A DNA stretch of 64,000 nucleotides from a bacterium (GTDB taxonomy: Bacteria; UBA10199; 2-02-FULL-50-16; JAJFLM01): positions 2,080,001 through 2,144,000 of the forward strand of contig CBDCFN010000016.1 of assembly GCA_965216315.1 (NCBI GenBank). The letters run 5' to 3'. The notes under the pieces were generated by a model that did not search any database, was not told the DNA's origin, and worked only from the letters and a program-made list of their open reading frames with translations. Below, one piece after another: positions 1-10,830 of this stretch; the stretch's first letter is position 1; the number at the start of each line of letters is the position of its first letter. The position numbers were made by a program, and so were the translations under genes.

Positions 1-2170
1 TCATCCGTCTAAGCCGCAAGGCATTACTGATCACGGACACCGAACTGAAGCTCATCGCCGCCGCCGCGATCATCGGGTTCAGGAGAATTGCAAAAAATGG
101 ATACAGGATTCCCGCCGCAATCGGCACGCCGAGGGCATTATAGATAAAGGCAAAAAATAAATTTTGTTTAATGTTGCGCATCGTCATGCGACTCAATTGG
201 CGGGCTCGTACAATCCCCCGTAAATCCCCCTTGATAAGCGTTACACCGGCGCTCTCCATCGCCACATCCGTCCCGGTCCCCATCGCGATGCCGACTTGAG
301 CCTGAGCCAAGGCCGGGGCATCATTGATGCCATCACCCGCCATCGCCACGTGCCTGCCTTCTGCCTGCAGGTCCCTGACCTTATCCGCCTTTTGCGCGGG
401 CAATAAACCGGCAATCACTTCATCAATACCCAACTGATCCGCCACCGCCTGCGCCGTCGTCTCATTGTCACCCGTCAGCATAACAAGGTGCAGTCCTTCG
501 CGCTTCAGGTCTTTAAGGGCCTCCGCTGCCGACTCTTTGATGGGATCCGCAACACCGATCAAACCGATCAGTTGTTGATCCAGCGCGACGTACATCACCG
601 TCTGTCCGTCCCGCCGAAACTCTTCCGCTGTTCCGTCTAATGCAGCAGAGGCCACCCCAAGTTCCGCCATCAAGCTCTGATTTCCCAAGGCCACAGCATG
701 TCCATAGACCTTCCCCGTCACCCCTTGTCCCGTGATCGCCTGAAAATCAGTCACATTCATTAGGGAAACCTCCCTCTCTTGTGCGCCTGAAACGATTGCC
801 TCCGCCAAGGGATGCTCACTCCCGCGCTCAATACTCGCCGCAAACATGAGGAGATCTTTTTCTTCGGTTCCTGCGACGGGATAAACCGTCATCAATGTCG
901 GTCGACCGCGTGTTAACGTTCCCGTCTTATCGACGACTAAGGTGTCCACTTGGTGCAGGGTCTCAATCGCTTCGGCATTCTTAAAGAGCACTCCCATGCC
1001 CGCTCCTTTCCCGGAAGCCACCATGATCGACATGGGTGTCGCCAGTCCCAACGCGCACGGGCATGCGATAATAAGGACAGCGATCGAATTAATGAGCGCA
1101 AACGCCATGGCCGGTTCGGGGCCGTAGGACGCCCAAACGACAAAAGTTATGATCGCAATAAGAACTACGGCCGGCACAAAGTAACTCGCGACAATATCCG
1201 CCATTTTTTGAATCGGTGCCCGACTCCGTTGCGCCTGAGCGACGAGCCCGATGATTTGCGAGAGTAATGTATCGGCTCCAATCCTTTCCGCCGCGAGCAC
1301 GAAAGAGCCGATTCCATTGAGAGTTGCCCCGACAACTTGATCGCCCCCCTGCTTGGCAACAGGCATGGCTTCTCCCGTAATCATCGACTCATCGATGACG
1401 CTCGTTCCCTCGACGATGGTCCCATCAACGGGAACCTTCTCGCCGGGGCGCACCCGCAGCCGATCGCCAACCTGAATATCTTCGAGCAACACATCGATCT
1501 CAACGCCATCATCTTTGACGAGGCGTGCCGTCAACGGGGCCAGCTCCAACAAAGAGGTAATCGCCGCATTCGTCGCGCTCCGGGCCTTGAGCTCCAGCAC
1601 CTGTCCCAACAGAATCAATGTGACGATTATGGCCGCCGCTTCATAATAAACCGCCACCTGTCCACCCGCTCCTCGGAATGAGGCGGGAAAGTGTTCCGGA
1701 AAATAGGTCGCGACAAAGCTATACCCATAGGCGACGCCGACACCGAGACCGATTAGCGTAAACATATTGAGATGACGGTTCAGCAGTGATTGCCAGAATT
1801 TGACAAAAAAGGGCCAGGCACCCCACAACACGACGGGAGTGGCTAAAACAAATTGCCACAAGATCGCGGCACGCCGTGATAGCAAGCGTCCAATGCCTAA
1901 ACCCGGAATCATCTCGCCCATGGCCATGAGGAAAATCGGAAGCGTGAGAACCGCGCATACCCAAAAGCGCCGCTTCATATCCCGTAGCTCGGGACTTTCT
2001 TCCGTTTCTTTAACGAGACCCATCGGTTCGAGGGCCATCCCACACTTGGGACAATCACCCGGTTCGTCGCGGATGATCTCCGGATGCATGGGACAGGTAT
2101 AGGGTCCGCTATGAAAATGGGGGGCTGGTTTTGACTCTGATTGATGGTGGCAACAGGTCGATTCAGACAT
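1..2170 (-). CDS. copA: Heavy-metal (Cu+/Ag+-type, P1B) P-type ATPase, 3' end runs off window
   Basis: Hand translation from ATG at 2170 (absent from ORF track because the stop lies outside the window): N-terminal [18 protein letters not shown] metal-binding domain, [30 protein letters not shown]. Confidence 0.9.
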   Translation of the reverse strand, partial: MSESTCCHHQSESKPAPHFHSGPYTCPMHPEIIRDEPGDCPKCGMALEPMGLVKETEESPELRDMKRRFWVCAVLTLPIFLMAMGEMIPGLGIGRLLSRRAAILWQFVLATPVVLWGAWPFFVKFWQSLLNRHLNMFTLIGLGVGVAYGYSFVATYFPEHFPASFRGAGGQVAVYYEAAAIIVTLILLGQVLELKARSATNAAITSLLELAPLTARLVKDDGVEIDVLLEDIQVGDRLRVRPGEKVPVDGTIVEGTSVIDESMITGEAMPVAKQGGDQVVGATLNGIGSFVLAAERIGADTLLSQIIGLVAQAQRSRAPIQKMADIVASYFVPAVVLIAIITFVVWASYGPEPAMAFALINSIAVLIIACPCALGLATPMSIMVASGKGAGMGVLFKNAEAIETLHQVDTLVVDKTGTLTRGRPTLMTVYPVAGTEEKDLLMFAASIERGSEHPLAEAIVSGAQEREVSLMNVTDFQAITGQGVTGKVYGHAVALGNQSLMAELGVASAALDGTAEEFRRDGQTVMYVALDQQLIGLIGVADPIKESAAEALKDLKREGLHLVMLTGDNETTAQAVADQLGIDEVIAGLLPAQKADKVRDLQAEGRHVAMAGDGINDAPALAQAQVGIAMGTGTDVAMESAGVTLIKGDLRGIVRARQLSRMTMRNIKQNLFFAFIYNALGVPIAAGILYPFFAILLNPMIAAAAMSFSSVSVISNALRLRRM

Positions 2171-2178
2171 CGCGCTGA

Positions 2179-3393
2179 CTAAGGTAACGCGTCTGCACTG
2201 AGAATGCCAAGCCTAGATATCATTTCTTTGACGGCAATCAAAGCATGATCGAGTTTGCTTGCCGTCAGTGCAATCGCCTTGGGATCGATCACCTCGACGG
2301 TCGCTGCCGTCTCCACCTCCTGAAACGCTGGCACGACGTAGACGCGATCCGTGCTGTGCATCTTAGCAAGGTAACCCTTCACCATCTTCAACCCATCTTC
2401 CGAAAGGATCAAGGCCACATCCGGCTTGTCTCCCCCGGTATACGCAAAAGGCTGCGGCGAGAGGATGACTTCCGAAACACTATGTCCCTTCTTAATGGTA
2501 ATCGGAAAATCATCCTGCTGGGAAGCAAACAGCCCTGACTGCAAAGCTGCGTGACAGATATGCCGTGAAGCGGAGCGGACCTTGCCGCCGGCTGATCCGG
2601 CAATGACGAGATGCATGCGTTTCTTCAGGTTGGGTGAATAGCGGGCCTCAAAAATTTTCGGTGGCTCCACTTTTTCCTCCTTCGTACCTTCAACTTTGAT
2701 GGGAAAGTCCTCCCGTTCGCGTTCGTAGAGAAGTCCACTCTCCATATTCAACCGTTCCATCGTCCCCTCTAGGTCTTTCGCCTTGATCTCATTCATCGGC
2801 TGATAATACGCGGTACACATATCCCAAATGTCGAACAACGCGAAACCGGGTCTCCTCATTGCCGTGGCGAGATGCCGGTCGAGTTCCCGGTCAAAGTTAG
2901 TTGTTCGACGCACGTAGGCTGCCCCGTTGACACCGACAGTCTGACAAATATCCATCGGCCATTCGACATGACCCTCACGTGTCGTCGCCGTAACGGCTCC
3001 CATCGGGGTACTTACGGAATGCTGTCCGCCTGTCATCCCGAAATTAAGATTATTCATGACAATGACGGTCATGCCGACGTTACGTCGCGCCGCACTGATT
3101 AAGTGATGCCCGCCGATGCCGCACCCGCCGTCACCCATAATTACGACAACATTCAATTCCGGGCGTGCTATTTTAATCCCGGAAGCATAGGTCACACTGC
3201 GGCCATGAAGCCCGTGAAAGGCGTTGGTCGTAAAGTATTGATCCGACAGCCCGGAACAACCGATATCACTCACGATGACAACCTGGTTCGCATCGATACC
3301 AAGTTGGACAAACGCCTTATTGAGACTCTCCAGGATAGGTTGATGCCCACAGCCCGGGCAAAACGGATACGGCCGTTCGTTTCGAAAGCTCAT
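2179..3393 (-). CDS. 2-oxoacid:ferredoxin oxidoreductase beta subunit (TPP-binding) fused to a gamma-like domain
   Basis: [27 protein letters not shown] motifs; C-terminal [19 protein letters not shown] gamma-like region. Confidence 0.85.
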   Translation of the reverse strand: MSFRNERPYPFCPGCGHQPILESLNKAFVQLGIDANQVVIVSDIGCSGLSDQYFTTNAFHGLHGRSVTYASGIKIARPELNVVVIMGDGGCGIGGHHLISAARRNVGMTVIVMNNLNFGMTGGQHSVSTPMGAVTATTREGHVEWPMDICQTVGVNGAAYVRRTTNFDRELDRHLATAMRRPGFALFDIWDMCTAYYQPMNEIKAKDLEGTMERLNMESGLLYEREREDFPIKVEGTKEEKVEPPKIFEARYSPNLKKRMHLVIAGSAGGKVRSASRHICHAALQSGLFASQQDDFPITIKKGHSVSEVILSPQPFAYTGGDKPDVALILSEDGLKMVKGYLAKMHSTDRVYVVPAFQEVETAATVEVIDPKAIALTASKLDHALIAVKEMISRLGILSADALP

Positions 3394-4466
3394 ACGATTA
3401 ACTCCATGAATTGCTGGGGTGCAATGAGTTGTCCGTCAACCCGGTTCAGCCCGACAATGTCTCGATCCGAAGCCAGACGTTCTATCTCGCGTCGGTACTG
3501 GCCATTATTGAGCTCGGCAATCACAACTCGTTTAATTCCTTGTAAAGACTTCATGATCGCCTGTTCAGGAATGGGCCAAAGGCTCTGGATGCTCAGCGCC
3601 GAAACGTGACGTCCCTGTTCACGGATTAACTGGACCGCTTCACGCATCGCCCCGGCTGTAACACCGAAACTTATTAAGAGTGTCTGCGCCCCGGGCTGCA
3701 CATCGGCCTTAACCATCTCAAGGTCCTGACGATGATCTTCAATCTTACTGCGCAGCCGCGCATTCAGGGCCTCAACTTTCTGCGGATCTTTCGTAATAAA
3801 TCCGTCTTCATCGTGAGTGGACCCCGTCAGGCGAACAATGGCCTCACTCCCAAATGTTCTCAATGGAGGGACGGACACGTTCTCGATGAGCGACGGTGCC
3901 GGTTCTTGCCAGGCGTCGGCCGCCACAGTCGTCATCGTCATATTGAGTTCTTTGTCGGATACCAGAAAAACCGGCGTCCTAAATTTAAAGGCCAATTCAA
4001 AGGCTTTGATCGTCAGGCTATAGCACTCGGGAACCGATGAAGGCGCCAAGGCGATAATCGGATACCCTCCTGAGGTCGCCCAACGAACCATCTGGATGTC
4101 TCCCTGCCCCACCGTGGTCGCGCCTCCCGTAGCCGGGCCCAGCCGCTGCACATTCACGATCACGAGCGGCAGCTCCATCATAATCGCCAGGCCGATACTT
4201 TCCGTGTAGAGACTCACACCGGGCCCACTGCTCGCCGTCATTGCCCGGCACCCAGCGGCGGCAGCGCCCAAACACAAGCCCATCGAAGCGATTTCATCCT
4301 CCGCTTGAATGGCGACACCGCCCCGCAGAGGCATCGCTTTCATCATCTTCATCAGAATCGCCGAGGCAGGCGTTATGGGATAGCCGGCAAAAAAGTTGCA
4401 GTGGGCCTTTGCGGCACCTCTTACGATCGCCGTGGAACCATCAACAAATTCATAGCCATGGGGCAC
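3390..4466 (-). CDS. 2-oxoacid:ferredoxin oxidoreductase alpha subunit
   Basis: FFAGYPITPAS, QAEDEIAS, TASSGPG, VQRLGPATG motifs; 4-nt overlap with beta gene. Confidence 0.88.
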   Translation of the reverse strand: MPHGYEFVDGSTAIVRGAAKAHCNFFAGYPITPASAILMKMMKAMPLRGGVAIQAEDEIASMGLCLGAAAAGCRAMTASSGPGVSLYTESIGLAIMMELPLVIVNVQRLGPATGGATTVGQGDIQMVRWATSGGYPIIALAPSSVPECYSLTIKAFELAFKFRTPVFLVSDKELNMTMTTVAADAWQEPAPSLIENVSVPPLRTFGSEAIVRLTGSTHDEDGFITKDPQKVEALNARLRSKIEDHRQDLEMVKADVQPGAQTLLISFGVTAGAMREAVQLIREQGRHVSALSIQSLWPIPEQAIMKSLQGIKRVVIAELNNGQYRREIERLASDRDIVGLNRVDGQLIAPQQFMELIV

Positions 4467-4603
4467 CCCCTTAAAATATCATAAAGAGAGCCCCCCTCAT
4501 ACTTTCTTATTCGGCCCTTGACTGGGCCCAGAGGACGTGAGACGCTATATCCTGATTCGATAGTTTTTGTTAGGAGCTCTATAGCATTTAGGTAACCACT
4601 TTG

Positions 4604-4644
4604 ACCGTAAAAGCCCTATTAAGCTTTTGCGGTTTTTTTATTTT
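4604..4644 (+). terminator. Terminator-like hairpin plus T-tract immediately 5' of the RRM gene
   Basis: ACCGTAAAAGC/GCTTTTGCGGT stem followed by TTTTTTATTTT, just before the SD-like GGAAGGA. Confidence 0.55.
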
Positions 4645-4658
4645 CGGAAGGACTCATT

Positions 4659-4979
4659 ATGGGAAACAAGCTTTACATAGGAAATCTGTCATTTGACCTC
4701 TCAGAACAAGACTTACAAAACGCCTTTGCCGAATCCGGCGAAGTCGTCTCGGCACGCATCATTACCGATAAGTTTACGGGCAAATCCCGTGGCTTTGGTT
4801 TTGTCGAAATGTCAAATGATGATGAAGCCCAGCAGGCCATTGAAAAATTCAATGGTGTTGAGCTGGCTGGCCGCGCCATAGTCGTTAACGAAGCTCGCCC
4901 CCAAGAAAAACGTAGCGGCGGAGGTGGCGGTGGCCGACCCTCTCGTCACGGTGGCGGTCAACGGCGCGAGCGCTATTAA
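4659..4979 (+). CDS. RRM (RNP-1) RNA-binding protein with Gly/Arg tail
   Basis: KLYIGNL (RNP2), SRGFGFVEM (RNP1), VNEARP, GGGGGR tail. Confidence 0.93.
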   Translation: MGNKLYIGNLSFDLSEQDLQNAFAESGEVVSARIITDKFTGKSRGFGFVEMSNDDEAQQAIEKFNGVELAGRAIVVNEARPQEKRSGGGGGGRPSRHGGGQRRERY

Positions 4980-4990
4980 GGAGTCCATTA

Positions 4991-5407
4991 ATGATCCAAG
5001 CAGGTTCAAAAGTTAGTATCCACTATAAATTAACTGTCGACGGTGAACTCGTCGACACCTCTGAAGGACAAGATCCGCTCGCTTACGTGCAAGGTTCAGG
5101 TGAAATTATCCCTGGCCTTGAAGAAGAGCTCACCGGCCTCAAGGTTGGCGACAAGAAAAGCGTAAGCATTCCTCCAGAAAAGGGCTATGGCCCTTATGAG
5201 TCTGAAGCCGTCCAGCAGGTACCCATATCTGCATTCAACGAGGCGGACAAACTCAAAGCGGGTGATATCGTCAGCGGAGAAATGCAGGGACAGACGTTTA
5301 GGGCTACCGTTGTAACCATCGACAAAGAGAGTGTACGACTAGATCTGAATCATCCCTTAGCCGGAAAGACCTTGGAGTTTCATGTCGAGGTCATCGGCAT
5401 CGAATAG
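4991..5407 (+). CDS. slyD: FKBP-type peptidyl-prolyl isomerase, SlyD-like (no His-rich tail)
   Basis: IIPGLEEEL, PPEKGYG, DLNHPLAGKTLEF. Confidence 0.88.
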   Translation: MIQAGSKVSIHYKLTVDGELVDTSEGQDPLAYVQGSGEIIPGLEEELTGLKVGDKKSVSIPPEKGYGPYESEAVQQVPISAFNEADKLKAGDIVSGEMQGQTFRATVVTIDKESVRLDLNHPLAGKTLEFHVEVIGIE

Positions 5408-5420
5408 ATTTGGTTTCTGT

Positions 5421-5448
5421 GGGTAGCTCCATAGGCATGGAGCTACCC
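5421..5448. terminator. Perfect 12-bp hairpin between convergent slyD and msrA
   Basis: GGGTAGCTCCAT-AGGC-ATGGAGCTACCC. Confidence 0.6.
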
Positions 5449-5466
5449 CAGGCTTCCCCTGAAAAT

Positions 5467-6132
5467 TTAAGGTTTCTTCTTTTTTTCATCGGCCCACTTG
5501 GCCTTAAGATACCCTTCGCGGCCTGACCCAACTTTATAAAGCTGATAATGAGTGGGATTCTTCTGATAGTATTTTTGATGGTAATCTTCGGCACTGTAAA
5601 ACTTGGTTGCAGGCACAATTTCAGTCACAATCGACTTCTTAAAGCGACCTGACGCTGCAAGCTTCTCTTTAGACTGCTTTGCTGTCTGTTGTTGTTTGGC
5701 ATCGTGATAGAAAATGGCGGTTCGATATTGGGAACCGCGATCGGCAAACTGGCCATCGACCTGCGTCGGATCAATATTGCGCCAATAGATATCCAGCAGT
5801 TTATCGTATGAAACTTGTTTCGGGTCATAAACAATCTGGATCGCCTCCGCATGACCGGTGCCCCCTTTGACTACTTGCTCATAACTCGGACTATCGATAT
5901 TTCCACCCGCATAGCCCACCGTCGTTTTCACGACGCCTTCGAGTTGATCAAAAGCGGGTTGCATACACCAAAAACATCCGCCGGCAAAAGTCGCTTTGGC
6001 ATGTTGTTCTGACTGAGACATTGTTGATTGCTCAGCTCCTTTCGACGTAAGGCTGCAAGAAAGCACTAATAGGCCGAAGAGACAAGCAATTATGACATGG
6101 AATGGCTTCACGACTCGATCCTTCCACTTCAT
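5467..6132 (-). CDS. msrA: Peptide-methionine (S)-S-oxide reductase with N-terminal signal/lipoprotein-like leader
   Basis: FAGGCFWC, TGHAEAIQ, QYRTAIF, AEDYHQKYY. Confidence 0.93.
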   Translation of the reverse strand: MKWKDRVVKPFHVIIACLFGLLVLSCSLTSKGAEQSTMSQSEQHAKATFAGGCFWCMQPAFDQLEGVVKTTVGYAGGNIDSPSYEQVVKGGTGHAEAIQIVYDPKQVSYDKLLDIYWRNIDPTQVDGQFADRGSQYRTAIFYHDAKQQQTAKQSKEKLAASGRFKKSIVTEIVPATKFYSAEDYHQKYYQKNPTHYQLYKVGSGREGYLKAKWADEKKKKP

Positions 6133-6143
6133 CTTAGCGCGTT

Positions 6144-8894
6144 TCAGCCGTGTTTAACAGAGGCGTTTGAAGACCGGACCCTTAGCGCCCACCACAACTT
6201 GTGCAATTCCATCACTATGACCAATGACAAAGCCAAGGCGAGCCCACTCAACCAGTTTTGCATCGAGACCGGTTGGACCGAGAGCACTTTCTGCATAACA
6301 GGGACATGAAGAGCTAGAATATGGATTCCCTGCGCGGCCAACGTACCCCACAACAAGATCGGATTTCGCAAAGGCGATAACGCGAAAATTGATCGCGTCT
6401 CCGAACGGCAATTACCGACATGAACGTTTTCAAAAAGAACCATCAATAACAGAATCAGATTGCGTGCTTCATTCACCTCGTATCCGTTAAGCAAGAGCCA
6501 ACGAAATACGGTAAAGGAAACCAGGCCCATGACTAATGCCGCTACAACAGTCTGGTTAATCATCAGGCGATTGAATATATTTTCCCGGGGTGCCCGCGGA
6601 GCTTGCTTAAGAATTTGGCCCTCATTGGGCTCAAAGGCCAGAGCCACATCCTGTATTCCATTGGTCACTAGGTTGAGCCAAAGAAGTTGAGCCGGCAATA
6701 ACGGTAATGGCGTATTAAACAGCACCGAAAGTGTCACCAATACAATTTCCGCCACACCCGTAGAAATCAACAGGTTAATCACCTTCCGAATGTTACTATA
6801 AGCCACGCGTCCTTCTTCAACCCCATTGATGATGGACGCAAAATTGTCGTCGGTAATAACCAGGTCGGAGGCCTCCCGGGCGACATCCGTCCCGGCCTGC
6901 CCCATGGCGACTCCGATATGCGCCTTCTTTAATGCCGGGGCATCATTGGCCCCATCCCCGGTAACAGCAACGAAATGCCCTTCTTTCTGCAGCGCTTCTA
7001 CGATAGCTAATTTTTGGTGCGGTTCCACCCGTGCAAAAACTGTTTTTCCCTGAATCGCTTGAGCAAGTTGACCCAAATCCTTTATCCGAGCCAACTCCTG
7101 TCCTGTAACCACATCCCCTTCTTTCTCGGCTAGGCCGAGTTCTCTGCCAATGGCTAAGGCCGTCAAGGGATGGTCTCCTGTAATCATGACGACTTGAATG
7201 CCAGCTTCATGGCAGTGCTGCACAGCTTCGATCACTCCTGGACGAAGTGGATCGCGCATGCCGACTAAGCCAAGAAACACCATCTCGTTGAGGTGATCCG
7301 GGTTGAGATGGTTTCCCAGTGACGCGTCGTAGGTTTGTTGAGCAACGGCAATCACCCGGTAACCTGCCTGCGCGAGCTCTAAGACCTGTTGCTCAATTTC
7401 GGCCTTATCGAAGGGCTGTTCTCCCTGCAGTGTCATCATTTGTTTACAACGCGGGAGCAAGCTCTCTACGGCACCCTTGATGAATGCTAGATTTTCTCCA
7501 TCATGATGAACCAAAGCGGCCTCATAACGTCGTTCCGATTCAAAGGGAATCGTATCAATTATTTGGTACCGTGACTCCAGATTCGGAGTCGTCAAACCCA
7601 ACTTATGACTCAGAGTAAGTAGCGCCACATCAGTTGGGTCACCATTATACTGCCAGCTGCCGTCACGGTGAAACAGCTGCGCTTCATTCGCTAATGAAAT
7701 AGCTACCCCAAGCTGACCTAAGGCGCCATCCTGTTCCGCCGTCACCTCGCGATTCGCTGTATCCGTCACTATTCCTTCGGGTATATACCCCTGTCCACTG
7801 ACCTGAAAGAAATCGGTGCCCGGAATCGCAATGCGCTGCACTGTCATCTCATTACAGGTCAGTGTTCCCGTTTTATCAGTTCCGATCAGCGTGCAACTGC
7901 CCAGGCCTTCAACCGCAATCAAACGGCGTACGATAACGTGGCGCCGCGACATTCGAAAGCTGGCGATGGAAAGGGCGATCGTCATGGCGACCGGAAGACC
8001 TTCGGGGATCGCCGATACCAACAAGGCAACAACGAGAAAAAAGATCTCGTTCCACGTCGTTCCTTGAAAGATGCCGATCAGAGAAAGCAACACGGCCGCC
8101 ACGCCCATAAAACCGGCGATCAACCGCGTAAAGCGGGTCATGCGCTGAATCAGCGGCGGTGGCAGCGATACTTCACCGGCGATGTCTCGCGCGATCTGAC
8201 CAATTTCCATCGCTGAGCCGGTCGCTACGACGACGGCCTTGCCGCGGCCCCGCGTCACTATGGTTCCCGCAAAGACCATATTGAAGCGTTCCGCCAATGG
8301 CAGCTCCATTTCTTCGAACACGTCCATTCGCTTGCTGACCGCCACCGATTCACCGGTCAACAACGATTCATCGACCCCCAGATCTTTAACGGACAACAGA
8401 CGGCAATCGGCGGGGACACGATTGCCGGATTGCAAATAGATGAGATCTCCGGGGACAAGTTGACGGGCATCAATCTCAAAGATTTCGCCCTCCCGTTCCA
8501 CAAAAGCTTTAACGGTAAGTAAGCTCTTTAAAGCTGCTGCACTGCGCTCGGCCTTATATTCCTGGATACTCCCGATCGCCGCATTCAGCAGCAATACACT
8601 CGCAATGAAGATGGCATCCGTGAATTCACCAATCAGCAAGGAAACTACAGCAGCAATCAAAAGAACATAGATGAATGGACTGACGAATTGGCGAAGGATC
8701 ACCTGCAACAGCGGCGTGGCCCTCTTTTCCGGCAGTTGATTGGGCCCGTATTGCTCTAGCCGCCGATCGACTTCCTGCCGGCTTAACCCAGCCGACGCGG
8801 ACTTCAATTTTGCCAGCACCTGCTCAACGGTCAAATGAAACCACTTTGGCTTCGCGGACCCCACGGTATCATGATATCGATCATGTCGCTGCAT
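6144..8894 (-). CDS. Cation-transporting P2A-type ATPase (CtpF/Ca2+-like)
   Basis: LTGES, IPEGLP, DKTGTLT, MITGD, TGDGANDAPAL, LWLNLVTN. Confidence 0.92.
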   Translation of the reverse strand: MQRHDRYHDTVGSAKPKWFHLTVEQVLAKLKSASAGLSRQEVDRRLEQYGPNQLPEKRATPLLQVILRQFVSPFIYVLLIAAVVSLLIGEFTDAIFIASVLLLNAAIGSIQEYKAERSAAALKSLLTVKAFVEREGEIFEIDARQLVPGDLIYLQSGNRVPADCRLLSVKDLGVDESLLTGESVAVSKRMDVFEEMELPLAERFNMVFAGTIVTRGRGKAVVVATGSAMEIGQIARDIAGEVSLPPPLIQRMTRFTRLIAGFMGVAAVLLSLIGIFQGTTWNEIFFLVVALLVSAIPEGLPVAMTIALSIASFRMSRRHVIVRRLIAVEGLGSCTLIGTDKTGTLTCNEMTVQRIAIPGTDFFQVSGQGYIPEGIVTDTANREVTAEQDGALGQLGVAISLANEAQLFHRDGSWQYNGDPTDVALLTLSHKLGLTTPNLESRYQIIDTIPFESERRYEAALVHHDGENLAFIKGAVESLLPRCKQMMTLQGEQPFDKAEIEQQVLELAQAGYRVIAVAQQTYDASLGNHLNPDHLNEMVFLGLVGMRDPLRPGVIEAVQHCHEAGIQVVMITGDHPLTALAIGRELGLAEKEGDVVTGQELARIKDLGQLAQAIQGKTVFARVEPHQKLAIVEALQKEGHFVAVTGDGANDAPALKKAHIGVAMGQAGTDVAREASDLVITDDNFASIINGVEEGRVAYSNIRKVINLLISTGVAEIVLVTLSVLFNTPLPLLPAQLLWLNLVTNGIQDVALAFEPNEGQILKQAPRAPRENIFNRLMINQTVVAALVMGLVSFTVFRWLLLNGYEVNEARNLILLLMVLFENVHVGNCRSETRSIFALSPLRNPILLWGTLAAQGIHILALHVPVMQKVLSVQPVSMQNWLSGLALALSLVIVMELHKLWWALRVRSSNASVKHG

Positions 8895-8903
8895 AGGTTC
8901 TAC

Positions 8904-10712
8904 TTAATGCGGACAGCATTTATTTTCTTCGGCACGTGTCTCTTCGCCTTTTGCCCGCAGGATTGATCCCGTCGTGGGATTAGCACGAAATACCGTACAC
9001 CCCTTGAGCCCCAGCTCATAGGCTTTTTGATATAATGACTGAAAGGCATCAAAACTATATTGCTCAGGGATGTTAATCGTCTTTGAAATCGCATGATCGA
9101 CATACGGCTGCATGGCCGCTTCCAGACGTAGCTGTTCTTCTGGTTTCACCTCCAAGGCTTCGACACAATAAGGTGCCGGCGTCTCATTAGGATGTTTCTG
9201 CCGCCACAACTGCCACGCGTAATCAACGAGATGAAGAGTCTTTTCTCCGCCTCCCGGCTCGCGCATGCGGCGATCATGCTCAAAACTATAAATCGGTTCG
9301 ATGCCGCTGGAAATATTACCGGCCAATAAACTGATAGTTCCGGCCGGTGCGATTGCCGTCAGATGACTGTTACGAATCCCGTCTGCGGCAATGGAATTGC
9401 GCAATTCTGCTGGTAATTTCTCAACAAATTCTCCCGTCAGATATTTGCCCTTATCAAAACCAGGAAAGGGTCTTTTTTCGCGCGCCAGGGCGATAGAACT
9501 TTGATAGGCCTGATAACAGATCGTCTTCATAACATCTGCAGCCAATTGAATAGAGGCATCCGTTCCATATCTGATTCCCAACATCAACAAAGCATCTGCC
9601 AAACCGGTGATACCGAGGCCAATGCGCCGTGAATACTGCGCAGCTGTACGTTGCTGAGCCAAGGGGTAATGCGTCGTATCGATAACATTATCTAAAAACC
9701 GCGTCGCCGTTGCCGCCACTGCTGCCAAGGCATCGAAATCAATCGATGCTTCCCGCGAAAACGGCTTGCGAATAAATTGAGTCAAATTCAACGAACCAAG
9801 ATCACAGGCCCCGTATGGGGGAAGTGGAATTTCACCACAGGGATTGGTCGCAGTAATGGCTTCCTGATACCAAAGATTATTGCGCCGGTTGATCCGGTCT
9901 ATGAACAAAACACCGGGTTCTGCCACATCGTAGGCGGCGTGAAGCATTTTGTGCCAGAGTTGTTTGGCATTAACCGTCTTGACGATGCGGCAAAGAACTG
10001 TCTCGTTATGTCCATAGCCTGGCCACGGCCGCATGACGCTATCTGCCGAGTTAGATTCCGCAAAGGCCGTCGCGGGAAAAACCAGTGGCCACGGCTCTCC
10101 CAACTCGGCAGCCCGCAGAAAATCATCGCTGACCAGGACGGAAAGATTAAAATGACGTAGTTCGGCGGGGTTCCGCTTGGCTTCGATAAAGGCCTCAATA
10201 TCCGGATGGTCACAACGCAGCGTGGCCATCATGGCACCACGGCGATTCCCCGTCGCCAGCAAGGTCGCACACATGCGGTCCCAAACCTTCATGAATGAAA
10301 CCGGACCCGACGCGATCGTCCCCACCCGATGAGCGCTGAGCCCCCGGGGCCGCAGGCTGGAAAAATCATAACCGACACCCCCGCCCTGCTGCATCGTAAG
10401 GGCTCCTTCTTTGAGAGCCTCAAAGATCCCCTCAATGGAATCCTCTATCGTTCCCATCACAAAGCAGTTCATCAGCGTGACATCGTGTGCGGTCCCGGCC
10501 CCTGCGAGGATGCGCCCTCCCGGCAGAAACTTGAAATCCTCAAGAATGGCGTAAAAACGCTGTTCCCATGCCTCCTGATCCTGCTCTTCCGCTTGCGCCG
10601 CAGCCTTCGCGACGCGACGCCAGGTATCCTGGATGGAGAAATCATAGTTCGTCTCACCATGACGGTAACGATATTTCGCATTCCAGACGTATTTACTAAT
10701 CCCATCAATCAT
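8904..10712 (-). CDS. nrdJ: Adenosylcobalamin-dependent (class II) ribonucleotide reductase; start revised to ATG 10712
   Basis: FLPGGRIL, NCFV, GGGVG, RRGAMM, TNPCGE, ACDLGSLNL, IAPAGTISL, KGCTVFR; C-terminal CC. Confidence 0.9.
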   Translation of the reverse strand: MIDGISKYVWNAKYRYRHGETNYDFSIQDTWRRVAKAAAQAEEQDQEAWEQRFYAILEDFKFLPGGRILAGAGTAHDVTLMNCFVMGTIEDSIEGIFEALKEGALTMQQGGGVGYDFSSLRPRGLSAHRVGTIASGPVSFMKVWDRMCATLLATGNRRGAMMATLRCDHPDIEAFIEAKRNPAELRHFNLSVLVSDDFLRAAELGEPWPLVFPATAFAESNSADSVMRPWPGYGHNETVLCRIVKTVNAKQLWHKMLHAAYDVAEPGVLFIDRINRRNNLWYQEAITATNPCGEIPLPPYGACDLGSLNLTQFIRKPFSREASIDFDALAAVAATATRFLDNVIDTTHYPLAQQRTAAQYSRRIGLGITGLADALLMLGIRYGTDASIQLAADVMKTICYQAYQSSIALAREKRPFPGFDKGKYLTGEFVEKLPAELRNSIAADGIRNSHLTAIAPAGTISLLAGNISSGIEPIYSFEHDRRMREPGGGEKTLHLVDYAWQLWRQKHPNETPAPYCVEALEVKPEEQLRLEAAMQPYVDHAISKTINIPEQYSFDAFQSLYQKAYELGLKGCTVFRANPTTGSILRAKGEETRAEENKCCPH

Positions 10713-10830
10713 AGCGCTTCCAGCCGCATAGAAGATAATATCAAGCTTCATGGAGGGAAAGGAGCAAATTATTATACATATTCTCATGTAGCTATAGGCT
10801 CATTACTCAAAATATGCTCTACTAACCTTC

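Noticed and set aside
937..2102. Short ORFs in the track across 0.9-2.1 kb, and the many antisense or off-frame ORFs overlapping long genes elsewhere
   Set aside because: They are shadows of the P1B ATPase and other real genes, with no independent motifs or ribosome-binding sites.
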